Source: Peribolospora baueri (Eukaryota). Taken from it: DNA of 64,000 bases. The stretch spans positions 62,001 through 126,000 of the forward strand of contig JAMDHS010000045.1 in NCBI GenBank assembly GCA_029717555.1, in the 5' to 3' direction. Position numbers and translations under genes: made by a program. Positions 36,115 through 48,558 of the stretch are shown in pieces. The stretch's first letter is position 1. Each line of letters starts with the position of its first letter. The notes below the pieces were generated by a model. That model saw nothing but the letters and a program-made list of their open reading frames with translations, was not told where the DNA came from and ran no database searches.

Positions 36115-39100
36115 GGGATCGATCGTCGGCCGGCCTACGTCTACGTGTGTGAGCCGGTGCGCGGTGTGCATTGTGCGAGCGAAAGGAGAATACGCGCGTG
36201 ATGCGACCCGACTCGACTCGGGGAGCGGAGAAAGGTGCGAGGCCCCCGTTTTCCGGAACCAGATAGACGTCGACGGTCGATGGGCGTTAAGTAACTAAGT
36301 ACAGCGTGCTAAGGAGGTGATCGATGCCATCGTTTCCCCCTTTTTCCTTCCCCTTCGTACAGCATCTACGTACACCCACGTACTGTACATGCCTGCTTAC
36401 CACGCCCCTCTTCCCGCTCTCCTTACTCGTCGACGCCATCGGCGTGATCATGGTCTTCTTTTTCCCCCGTTCGCGCGGCAAGCCCCCGTTCGTGGGCCTC
36501 ACGCCCTGTCGTCTGTCCGTCTGTCTGTCTGTCTGCCCTCCATCGACGCCGGGGAGAACTCGGATCACGTAAGCGCCGACGGCGGGCTCGGTGGCCGGGC
36601 GATTTTTGTGGCCGATGGGTCGAGGGGACTAGCGCCGTCCGTCGGTTGTTTCGCGGTTCAGTTCAGTTCGGCTCGGTTCGGTCCGGTTCATCTTTTTCGA
36701 TGGCCCTCCCTCCCCGTCGTCGTCGTCGTCGTCGTCGTCGATCAGAGGGACGCTTCGCTTCGTCTCTTCGACGGGCACGCTGGCACGCGCGCGAACACAG
36801 CTCCCGTGTGCCATGCGGCTATATCATCTATTGTACCTAAAGTTTACACGACCTCGACACGACCTCGACTCGAGTCACGTGTCGAGGCGACTAGAAGTGT
36901 GGGCGTGCAAAAATGGATTTGGTCGAGGTCGAGCTCTCGTTGAACAGTTCGCTGCGGTCGGTGTTTGTGTCGTGTCGTGTCATCGTCGTCAGATGCCGTT
37001 CGCCGACAGACATGGTTCAGGAGGCGCGTGAGTCCCACGTCGTCGGTCGAATCGACGACGCACTTGGGGGTTAGGCTTTTCGCTGGTCGGGCTCGGGCGG
37101 GGCGGGGTCGAAGGATAGCCGCGAGGGCGAGATGCACTTGCGTTGCACTTGCACTTGCACTTGCACGAATGGAGAAGGAGAAAGGAGGGATTAGAGTTAG
37201 AGTGTTGCTCACGACGTCGTCGTCGTCGAGTCTCCCTGGCTCGCGCGGTTCGGTTCGGCTAAGCTCGGCTTTGGGTTCGAGTAGAAGGAACGAGCGAAAG
37301 AGGAAGGCGCAAGCCGAGCTGCGTTGCGTTCGGAGCCTCGTTCGCGTTTTGGAGCCTCGTCTGCGTTCGCGTTCGGAGTCCCTTTCGCTTACCGCCCGCG
37401 TCGGACTGACGGACCGACCGATTGACCGACCGACGCGCGACGCAACGGTGCTGCACATTCTTTGCTTACGCGGCCTCGGTCTCCCACGGTGTCCGCACTC
37501 ATAGCGACGCGCACCACCCTCTTTTCTGAGGCGAACGAAGAAGGGGGGCGGGGCGGGGTGTGAAAAGAGAGGGTGGTACGGTACGAATGTTCACAAGGGG
37601 GATGCGACGGAACCAACAGGCTTTCGACGCCAGCTCCAGCCCAGCGAATGTGAATGCGAATGGCTGGTTAGCAGGTGTCGAGGAGAGACAGACAGGGGCG
37701 AAGGAGCGGCTGGCTGGCGTGACTGGCTGGCTGGTTGCCGCCGTTGACGCCGCCGCACGCATTGCATCGCATCGCACCACAGCTGTGACCGATCAGGAGC
37801 CGACGGGAGCAGGCAACGATGCGATGCGATGCAATGCGGCCGACCGCCGGTGTCCGCTCACTCCGCCGTTGTTCCCTTCCTTTGTCTGTTCCGCTCACTG
37901 GCCGCGGCCGGCCGACGGACGGAAGAGGGTGGTTGTGCGAATTGGATTGGATGGATTAGACGGTGGATGGATGGAGATTGGACGTGTTTGCAGTGTCCTC
38001 CTCGAGCTCGACCCTTTCTGTCTGTCCGTCCTCCTCGTTGGCTCGGCTCGCATATCCATCCACCGCCGTCGATTTCACGCGGAGCCGACCGACTCTCACT
38101 CCACTCCACTCCACTCGCTCGCTCGTTCGTTCGTTCCACTCCACTCCACTCCTCTTTCTTCCCTTGCTTTCTTCTCGCCAACGTCGCTTCGATCGCGCCG
38201 GAGATTTCATTTCTCTTCATTTTACCTCGCTACCAATGCGCCCAGCCCAACCGAGCCCAGCCCCGTCCGTCCCTTCTTCTCTTCCGACGGACGACCGCGA
38301 CGGCGTCTCCGGCGGGGTCGTCTAACGTTTATCCGAGACCATCCGTCCATCCATCCATCCATTGTCCGTCCACCCGTCTATCCATCCTTTCGTCCCTCCA
38401 TCCGCCGATTCATTTCGCTTCGCTTCCCGCATCCGACGCCGTGTACGCCCTCTCCTGCCCTTGGCTGCCCCGCCCCGCCCGCCCGTTTGTCCTTTCATGA
38501 CGCCGGCTGCCCTCGCTCGAGGCTGGCTTGGACTAGACTCAGCCAGTAGCAGCCAGTAGCAGTAGCAAACAGACAAACGGACCGATCAACAGACAGACCG
38601 ACAAGACAGACAGTGGGAGGCGAGGAGGAGTACAACGAAAGCAAGACAGAAAGAAAAGAAAAAGGCAAGCCACCGACCGACCGGGGCCATGCAAGGACTG
38701 CCTGCCCCCGGGCGACCGACGACAGCGCACGCTATACTATACTGTACCAATCGGGACCGCCCTGCCTGCTTCCCCGTCCGTCCGTCCGACCGACCGACCG
38801 ACCGACGTCAAGCCGGCGCGCAACCGACTGACTGTCTCTGTCTGTTTTGTCTGTCTTGTCTGATCATAGATTCTATTCACACCGTTCTCAGGCTACCTAT
38901 GTATCGACTCCGACCGTACCAAGTCTCACCTTAGGGCGGGGCAGATAGGACAGTGGATAATACTACGAACTGAGCCTAGCTGGTGCTGGTGCCGCTGCCG
39001 CCTGCCTTTGATCGCGACCCCGTCTTCGTCTCCGCCTCCGTCGCCGTCGCCGTCGTCCTTTATTCCTTCCATCGTCATTCGTCTCATCCCTTCCTTCCTT

Positions 39101-39967
39101 TCTTCCTCCATCCGTCCTTCCTCCTTCTCCTTCTTCTTCCTCCGTCCCCTCCACCCGCCTCCCCGCCCGCTCCTCTGCTCCTTTTCGTCCGCTTCGTCCG
39201 CTTCGCCGCGCGCCCGTTCCTGTCTGGCGTCTGCTCCCCTGCTTCGCGCCTGCCCTGCCTGCCTTCCTTCTTTCCCGTCTTCCTTTTCTTCTCCCTTCGC
39301 CCGCTCTCTCTCCGTCGTCGCTCCCGCCCTCCCTATTATTATTCACCGACAGTTGCCAACGCGGTCTGGCCTGCGCTGCGATATATGGACGGCGACGGCG
39401 ACAGCGACGGACCATCGGCAACGGCACCGGCTCCGACACCACCACCACAACCAGTGCGAGGAGCTTAACCACGAGCCGGATCATAACCATCAACACCATA
39501 ACCAACACCACCACCATCACCGCTTCCACCACCACCAACAACACCTCCGCCACCACCACCTTCGTCACCTCCACCACCGTCGTCGTCATCATCACCGCCA
39601 GCAATCCTCCGCTTCCTCCAGCTCCGTATCCCCCTCCCATCCTTCCAACCCCTCCTCCCCTACCCTCCCTCCCCCTCCTTCCGCTCCCTCTCCTCCCGCC
39701 TCTTCCGTCCCGCTTCCGAACCTTTGTTCCTCCCCACATCGGTGCCGCCGTGCCCGCCCTGGCGACGACCACCACCACCACCACAACCACGGCCTTGCCT
39801 CTTGCCATCGCTCTGCCCATCTCCTTCACCCGCACCCCCCCTTCGCAGACACCCTGGCTAACCGTCGGCCATCCCTCCACTCCCGGCCCTCTCTTTCTCT
39901 TTCTTCTCCCTACCACCCCCAACCGTCCCCCTCACGCTCGCCCTCTAATAGCGCCGCCGACCAGGCC

Positions 39968-40137
39968 ATGGCCATGGCCACCGTTGCCGCCGCCAGTCCT
40001 TCCGCCGTCGACATTCCCCGTCCCTTCTCCGGACATCCCCCCGGGCGCCGTCTCGAGCACGGTGCCCACTACTCGTCTCCTTCTTCTTACGAACCCCCGA
40101 GACACGCACACGCACACGCCGCCGCCGCTGCTGCTGC

Positions 40138-40170
<33 letters not shown>

Positions 40171-43100
40171 ACATAATATGCGCAGTAACGAGCCCCGTTA
40201 TCGGCTTCCCTCGCTGTCTGCCCAAATACCCCTCCCATCCTCGTCCGTCCCTCCGCCGCCGCCCCCGCCGCTGCCCTCCTCGAGCTTACCCCCGATTCAT
40301 ACGCCCTCCGACAAGCAAGACACCCTCCCTCCAACCTTGCACTCTCCTTCGCCCTCCGCCGCTCATGCTCTCCCTTCACACGCCGGCCACGAACCCGTCC
40401 GAGATCCGGTCGCCGCTAAGAAGGAGCCGTTGCCGTCCCCGAGGGACCTCGCTCGACCTTACTACCCCCATCCACATCCTGCCCATGAACGGCCCGCGTC
40501 GCCCTCGCCCTCGTCCGCCGACCCGCCGGTCCAGCCCGCGCTCTTCCACCCTCACCTGCCCCCGCCGCCCATGCAGCATTACTACCAACAGCAACAACAG
40601 CAGCAGCAGCAACAGGCGCAGCCCGTCGACAATCGGCCCGGCATGAAGTCACCTTCAGGCCCGTGGCACCACGACCCTCAAGCTCAGCCGCCTCGTGGCC
40701 ATCCTCACGGCGCTGATGACGGCCGTCTCCCGGCCGACGCACTGCCTCCCTCGGCCTCTTACGAGCCCTATCGACACCACCCGCCATCCTCCATCGTGCA
40801 CTATTATCCCGACGCCCACGCCCAGCAGCAGCAAGGTTTGTCAGCCGGCGCCCAAGCTCCGCAGCAGCAGCGGCACCAGCATGCGCTTCCCCAGCCGCCG
40901 CCGCCGCCGCCACCGTCTACACTCGCTTCCGGCCCCTTGCCCTCCCCTTCGTCCGACCAGCCCGCGTCGATCGTGCCCGCACCGACCACCGGTCCCGTCC
41001 GATTGTACGCCAGCTCGCACAGGGTCAGCGCGGCCAGGTACGCCACAAGTGCGGATCCGAGAGGTCACATACCGGGTGAGTCCGACCTACCATTCGTTCG
41101 CCCTCACCTTGTCCACTTATATCCCCTTTCACGCGCATACAAACAGTCTACGAATACTGCGTCAACGGCCAGTACATCATGATCGACTCGGAGACCAACT
41201 ATATCCATTTCACCGGCATTTGGAAGGCCCTTGGTCACACGAAAGGTGAGCAGAGCTCTTACGTCCGTCCCGAGCAAGCGAGTCGCAGTCAGTTCAAACA
41301 AAACCCTCACCCGGCTCGCCTCGCCCGCCGACCGACCGTAGCCGACATCGTGCGCCTGCTCGACGCTTCTCCCGAGCTCGAACGGGTGATTCGCAAGGTC
41401 CGCGGCGGCTTCCTCAAGATCCAGGGCACTTGGATGCCCTACGAGATCGCCCTGTCGCTCGCCAGGAGGTAAGCTGAAATCGCTCTTTCTTCTCCGCCGA
41501 CTTGGCTTTCGTTCGCTGACCGTCGCTTCACTTTCCTCCTCCCCCACGCCTTCGCTAGGACGGCATGGAACATTCGTCACGACTTGGTGCCCCTCTTTGG
41601 GCCCACTTTTCCCTCCACTTGCTTGTCTCCTGAGCAGCCTGGCTTCGGTCAGCTTATGCTCGCGTCCAGCAACAAAAAGCCTCGTCGTCGCCCGCCGAAC
41701 CCGACGGCACAGCAGACCAGCTGCTTCGGCCCTCCCAAACCCGTCGATTTCAGCCTTCTCGAGCATGGTGGACCTCCCACCGGACCCCGTCCGTCCCCCG
41801 TCTCCCCCTACGAGCACGGCCACCATCCGCCGGCCAGCGCCCCTTATGCCCCTCAACATCAATATGCCACCTACCCTCCTCATCCCCACGTCCCCTATCC
41901 CGGTCCTGCCCCGCCTTTCTCTGCGCCCGCCGACATCTCGTCCCGTCCGCCATCGCCCCGTAGCGGCTCCATGCCTGCCATGCACGAGCCTCCTTATTAT
42001 CCGTCCCCCCACGACCGGCACGCAGCCCCCTACCCGCCGTCTCGTTTCCCACCGCCACCACCGGGCGCCCATTCGCCCGCAGAGCCATCATCGCTACATC
42101 GCTCTGCCAGCCTGACCGACATACGTCGCAACCGGTCCAACTCGACGACCGCCGCGCCCGTCGCTTCTCATTCCCGTCCACCGTCCCCGTCGTCGGCTGG
42201 GCCTGATACGCACGCCTTTCACCGTCCTCATCAGCCCGATCAGCGTTCTTCTCACGACTTTGACATCGAGTCTCGCCGATACTCGGGCTACTTTGGTTCG
42301 GATACGCGTCGCAGCAGTGTTCTGCCGCCACTGTCTCGTCTTGAGTCGCCTCGGGCGACGGCCAGCCGTCGGGAACCGCCCGGTCCTCCTCTTCCGCCCC
42401 TGCACGCCGCCATGTCGCCGTTCGCCAAGCGCAGGGCAGACGACTCGGAGGGCGATTACCGGTCTCGGGCTGGCAGCTGGTCCACCGCCCCTAGTGGCTT
42501 TCGGCCAGACGGTGATGGCATGATCCCCGTCGGCTCGCACCAAACCGAGTCTACCAGCTTCGCCCCCCGCCTTCCTCCCATTTCGACTATGCGTTCCCGT
42601 AGCCCTTCGGACAAGGCCGGCGCTGCGACCACTCCTCTGCACACGCCCACGAGCGAGACCGCTGGCGGGCTCAAGAGGCTTCGCTTGGACCCTGCTGCCG
42701 ATCACGGCCAAGATGGAGGAGGAACGAGTTTGACGCTTCCTCCGATGATGAAATTGGACGACAGGTTAGCCGCGGAAGGCCGCCGGCGGATGAGCGCCGA
42801 AGACCGGCTGCACTACGCCAGGGACCGCTTCCCTTACTACTACCCGCCCGGCTCCGTTGGCTTTGGCGCCCAGGAGCCGCCGCGTCGACACTCTGGACCC
42901 AATGCGGGTCACGGCCGTCATTCGTTGGGCCTCAGGGGCGCCAGTGACGGTCCGTCCTATCCTCCGTCTGCGTCCACGCCCACCTCGCTCTCTTCCATCG
43001 TCTCCTACTACTACTCGCGAGGCGGCCCGCCCGGCTCGGTCCGCCGCCCAAGCAGCGTGCTCTCCTCCACCGTGGACACCCGCCGCGACAGCGACCAGAC

Positions 43101-43320
43101 GCGCACGGCGAGCGAGACGGACGAGCTCGTGAGCCCGGTAGACGAAGACGCAGCGACGGGAGCGGCCGGAGGGGCGCTCAAGCCTCCACCTTCTCATCCT
43201 CACGAGGAGCAGCACCACCTGCACCCGCATCTCGGCCCCACCGTCGTCGTCGGCGCCGACGACGCTGAGCGGGGCGAGGGCAGGGAGGGCGAAAGGGGGA
43301 GGATCGTGAGGCCGTGGTGA
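39968..43320 (+). CDS. APSES (KilA-N) domain transcription factor with Pro/His/Gln-rich flanks
   Basis: Exons splice to TSADPRGHIP|VYEYCVNGQYIMIDSETNYIHFTGIWKALGHTK|ADIVRLLDASPELERVIRKVRGGFLKIQGTWMPYEIALSLARR|TAWNIRHDLVPLFGPTFP. RKVRGGFLKIQGTW is the APSES signature. Start uncertain: ATG 39968, or an upstream exon from ATG 39385. Confidence 0.88.
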
Positions 43321-45366
43321 TCGGGCGTGGACCGACGTCGGTTCAACGGTATACCTCTGCACTGTCGACGCCGGACAGCACCAGTCGTGATGCCGTCTTG
43401 TGACCACTCTCTCTCGACATCGCTTCCATCGTCTCGCAGCTCATCTCATCTCCGCCAGGACGCTTCCTGAAACCTTTTTTTTTTTTTTTTCTTTTGCGGC
43501 CACCCCTCGTTCTTCGTTGGCACGCCCGTGTCCCCGTCGCTCGCTGGATCGCTCGTCGTCCGTTTGTCATCCTCCTTTCCGTCGTTCATGCATATATCCT
43601 TCGCCGCACGCCGCTCCACTTTTCTCCACTCGCCTCGCCTCGCCGCTCTTTGATCCTTGCGTTGTGGTTCGATTGTACGTTTGCTCTCCGTCTCTTTCTG
43701 TTTCGTCCACCTGGCTCGCCGTCGCGTCGTCGCGCCTTGACATCCACGATCGAGGCGTCGTCGTTGGCTTGCCCTCCCTCCATCTTTGCCCGCCCCTCTT
43801 TCTTGGCCTCTTCTCTCTCGTCCGCCTTTTTCGCTTTCTTGGTCGACTCCACGTCGGTGGTAGTCAGAATGACGACTTTGCCCACTCCATAGTTTATCCA
43901 TCCATCCATCCGTCCGTCCGTCCGTTCATCCATCGTCTATGCCCTGTTCCGCCCGTGTCATTTTCTTTCTCGGCCTCCCTCTGCCCTGCCTGCGTGTATG
44001 GCAGCCGTATCGTACGAACCGAAGCGAAGCGAATCGGAGAAATAAAAACGAACTTGGCTTTTATGATCTGTCTCTCGGCTTGGCGACTGTCTCGCTTCCG
44101 ACTGGGGCCATCTCATCTCGTTTCATCTTGTTTTTGAGGGCTGTCGGCGGAGAGACGATGTGATGTGCTTATGTGCGTCCGTGTGTACGTCCGTGTGCGT
44201 CGTCTCCTGTTCCGCTTTCTTTACCTTTGTGGTGCGGAGTTGGGGTGTCCGCTCGCGCAGACGGGTGTTGGATGTCGCGTCCGGTCGATTCGTTCGATGC
44301 CGTTCGATGATGGTTCGACGGTGAGAACAGATGGGTCGGCGAACGACGGTGAGAAGGGGGAAAAAGTGGTAGAGCCATTCTACTAAAATCACACCACACC
44401 CAAGCCTCAGCCCCGGGTTGAATAGTATATGGTAACGGCAGGAAACACTTTTTTGGGTGATCAGGTAACATGGGCTATGCGACTGCACTGACTGACTGGC
44501 CGCCACTGCAAGAGATGGGGATCGCGTCGGCGGTGGCGGTGGCGTTCCGGTATGGGCGTCGTCGTCGTCGGCGTCGTTATTGTTTGCCCGCCCCACACCA
44601 AGAAAGAAAGTCAGTCCGTCGTCGCCTTGTCCTTAAACTCAGCTCAGTGACGGAACTGGACTTGGACTTGGGGCGGGACGGAAACGGAAGGAAGGGAAGG
44701 GAAGTAAGTGGGCGGCAAAGCAAACGAACGCCAGCCGAGCCCACCGTCGGTCCGTATCGTACGCCGGCGTCTTAAATAGGGCCGGTACGGGGACCTACCT
44801 TGTCTCGCCTCGCCTCGCCTTGGCTTGCCGCAGCCCCCGCGTGGGGTAGGGAGGGATGGAGGGACGGTGCCGGCACAGGACCGACCGACCGCGCGACCGA
44901 CCTACCTACCGGGCGGGCGGGGCGGCGATTGGGAGCCGCGATTTTTTTTGTTGTTCTTGTTCTTGTTTTTTTTTATTTTTTATTTTTTTGTCCTTGGCGG
45001 CGGGTGGTAGGAATGAATGAATGAATGGATGGATGGGCGAATGGATGGATGGGTTGGTGGGGAGCAAGGTTCGATGGAGGGCCGCATCCGCCGCATCCGT
45101 CGGCGAAGCATGCGTGCTTGGCGGCGAAGAGAAGCGTGCTTGGCGAACGTGAACGTGGGGTGGGTAGGATAAAAGGAAGGAAGGAAATAGTAGAAAAGGC
45201 CCAGACAAAGACAGACACAGCCAGACAGACAGTCAGTCCTCCGTTCGTGTTCGTGTCTCAGCCACGACTCAGCTTGCCATCGTCATCCCCTCTCCTTCCT
45301 CCATCGCCATCGCCATCGCCATCGCCATCGCCATCGCCTCCTTCCTTCCCCCCATCACCTCCTCCG

Positions 45367-47946
45367 ATGGCCACCATCGCTTCCCTCCCTCCCGAGATAC
45401 AGCGAGAGATATGCAACCTCATCTACCTCGACGCCATCCCCGCCCCGTCCTCTCTCGACCCGCCCGGCCTCCCCTCCGTCTCCGTCTCCGCCACCGCCCT
45501 CACGATCGGCGCATCAGAGACCGACGCCAGAAGGACGCTCGCCAGCCTCTGCCTCGTCTCCCGCTCCTTCTACTTGCAGGCCCGCCCCCTCCTCTTCCGC
45601 CGCGTTCACATCCGCTTGCCACACTCCTTCGATCAGATCTTGGCTACCTTGGGCGTCGATAAGCCCGCCCACGTGCACGCCCATGGTGGCTCGCACCGGC
45701 ACGACCAGCCCGGGCCCGTGGGTGGTAGTGGCCAAGGCGACGGCGACGGCAACGGCAGCGACACACCCGGTGGCGCCCGCTCCGGCTTTCCTCTCGTCGT
45801 TGCAAAGGCAGGCTTTGCGGCCATGGGAGAGAAAAAGGTGGTCGTCACCATGACGCCCTCCGGCCTCCTCACCCCACCTCCCTCCCGCGGCGTCAGCCCC
45901 GACTGTCCCTTGTCCCGGAGGAGCGCCGCGGCGGCGGCGGCGGCAGCGGCAACAACGACGACGTGCGACGACAGCGGCGGACAGGTCGTCGTACGATGGC
46001 CTGGTGAGAGCCACCGCGCCGCTTGACCGGCACGCCATTCTCGCGTCATCTCATCTCCTTCTCACCCCTCTTCTTCCACTCGTTCAGATCACGAAGGCGC
46101 TTCTAAGAGGACGGTCGCCTTCGAGCCCCTCCCCTTGGACGGCGTCCCCAACCCCGGTCGCTGGATCCGCGTCATCGACTTTTCTCGCTTTCGCACCTCC
46201 GGCATGCGTCGCACCGTCGGCGACGGCATCAACGCCCGCTTCATCACCTCGGACAAGTTGCTCGCCCTCATCAACGCCGCCGAGGGCTTGGTCGCCTTTT
46301 CCGCCACCGAATTCATGGACTCGGCCCTCTCCCTCGACGTTCTCGAGGCCCTCCTCTTCCGCCACGGCGAGCTTCGCCCTCGGACCGCCGTCCGCGGCGT
46401 CAGCATAGACAGGCGCGCCCCCAAGGCGCTCAACAGACTCGAGGCCCTCGATCTCTGCTCGTGCGTCTCTGCTCATTTCGTCGACGCGCTCACCCAGTTC
46501 GTCCAGACGCGCCTCACCGGGTCGTCGTCCGATGCCGCAGAGCACGACGACGACGCCGATGATGATGACGACGACGACGATGATGATGATGACGATGACG
46601 ACGACGACCGGCGCCAAGTACGCCGCGGTCGCGGCAGGACGGCAGAAACCGACCTAGCTCGTCCTCTTCTCCACCCCCGCACCGCCTCCATCGCTCGTCC
46701 CGATCCCGACGACCTCTTCGCCCAACCTCCCACCAAGCGACCCGGAGAGCCGGCCCAGTTCCCAGCCCTTCGACGTCTCGGTCTCGCCAACGTCACCAAC
46801 GTCCCCGCCTCCGTTCTCCAGCCCTTCGTCCTCGCCTTCCCTAACCTTACCCATCTCGACCTCACCGGAACGAGAGTGAGCCCGGCCCTGCTCGACGCCC
46901 TCTCCCGCCCCGATACCACTGTCCGCCTCGAGTGCCTCTCAATCGCCCGTTGCCGCGGTCTGACGAGCGAGAGCATCACCGACTTGCTCATGTACTCGCC
47001 CGCGACCCGCGACCTCCGACACCTCTCCCTCCAAGGCACCCTCCTCTTTCCCTCCGCCATCTCCCCCCTCGACCTGTCCCTCGTCATCACCAGCTCACCC
47101 GCTTTCCTCTCCGGCCAACTCAGTTACCTCGACCTGTCCGGTTGTCCTCTCTCCGACGTGCACCTCACTCATTTCCCTCCCCAGGCCAGCCTCGTCGACC
47201 TCGGCCTCGCCGCCGCGCCGGACATCTCTCTGCGCGCGGTGAGCGAGTTCCTGCGCGAGCGCGCGCCCAACGTCGAGGTGCTCGACCTTACCGATAGCTG
47301 CACCAACGGAGGAGGCACGACGCAGGGAGCGCGGGGCCACATCGGCGTCATGGCCCTCCAGGGCCTCTTGCTCGGCCCTTGCACCAGCGTGCCATCTCCG
47401 CCTCTGTCGGCGCAGCTCGCCGCCATGGGTCTCAACCGTTCGTCTGCGGAGGATGGGAACGGGAACGGGAACGAAAACGGCGATTCGCCGCCGCCGCCGC
47501 CACCGCCGCCGCGTCCGCCGACAAACCTCCGCGTCGTCGGCATGGGCGCGTCGAGCCTCCGCTCCCTCCGCGGTCCTTTGGGCACTTGGAGGGTGATCCA
47601 GGGTAAGGGGAGGCGCGGATGGGTCGTCGACACGGCCGCCGGTCCTCGTGAGACGTTGGAGGGGCGCCTGTCATGCGGATGCGGCGACGAACGGACCGGT
47701 GGCGCCGACAGCCACCACCACCACCACAACAACAACAACAACAACGTCACTGTCTCCGCTCGTGACGACGTCGTCCGCGACCTCCCCCGCTCTCACCCTC
47801 GCCGCCTCGCCCTGGAGCGACTGGCCGACGCGAACGGCAACGTGCCGAGCACGGTCGGCTGGCACTCGAGGAAGATGGAGATTGTCTTTGGCTTGGGATT
47901 CTTGGGGAGGGAGGAGGGACTGCATGCTTTTGCCGCCTATGCTTGA
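45367..47946 (+). CDS. F-box-like / leucine-rich-repeat protein
   Basis: N-terminal IASLPPEIQREI...LASLCLVSRSFYLQARPLLFRRV (F-box-like); intron 46004-46087; LRRs (FPALRRLGL, FPNLTHLDLTGT, LECLSIARC, LSYLDLSGC, VEVLDL); poly-Asp tract. Confidence 0.82.
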
Positions 47947-48558
47947 GCGGCACGCCGTGCGTCGGTCGCAGTCCGCGTCTCTTTGAAAGGGGCTAGTCGT
48001 GTGCCCCCTTCGTCAACCCGTTAACAATCGGGTTTGTCTCATCTCGGCGTTCGGTTCGGTTCGGTTCGGTTCGGTTCGCGTCTCGATTCGCGTCGGTGGA
48101 GGATGGGGATGGACGAAGGGTCGCCGAGCGAGGTCGTGGTCGTGGTCGTCAGCAGTTGGTAATCTTTTCGTTCGTTCGTTCGTCCTAATGGCGATCCGCT
48201 TCTCCTCCTTCTTCTACCGGGTAAAACAGGAGTCGCTGCCCTGTGTGTATGTTTATGTATGTACATTATGATCAGTGATATGGGAGCGTTTTGACACAAT
48301 TCGGCGTCATGCCTGCCTGTCTCGCTCTTTCACCGCGACGCCGTCATTCGTCGTTATCTTCTCCCCCTCGACAGCGACAACGGACAGCGATGACTCGGAA
48401 ATTGGTTCTACATTCGACCTTTGGGCAAACAGACACGTCCCCTCCCGTCCCCCGCGGCTCCGTCGGTCCTTTCACCACCCGGTCAAGCGCCGTCCCCCTT
48501 TCCTCTGCTTTGCTAACCCTTTTCTTCTTTTCCCATTTCGATTTCGATTTCCCGCCTT

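Noticed and set aside
32200..39000. Numerous 60-330 aa ORFs in the repeat-rich intergenic region
   Set aside because: They are translations of microsatellites, mostly with non-ATG starts, no motifs and no consistent splice structure.
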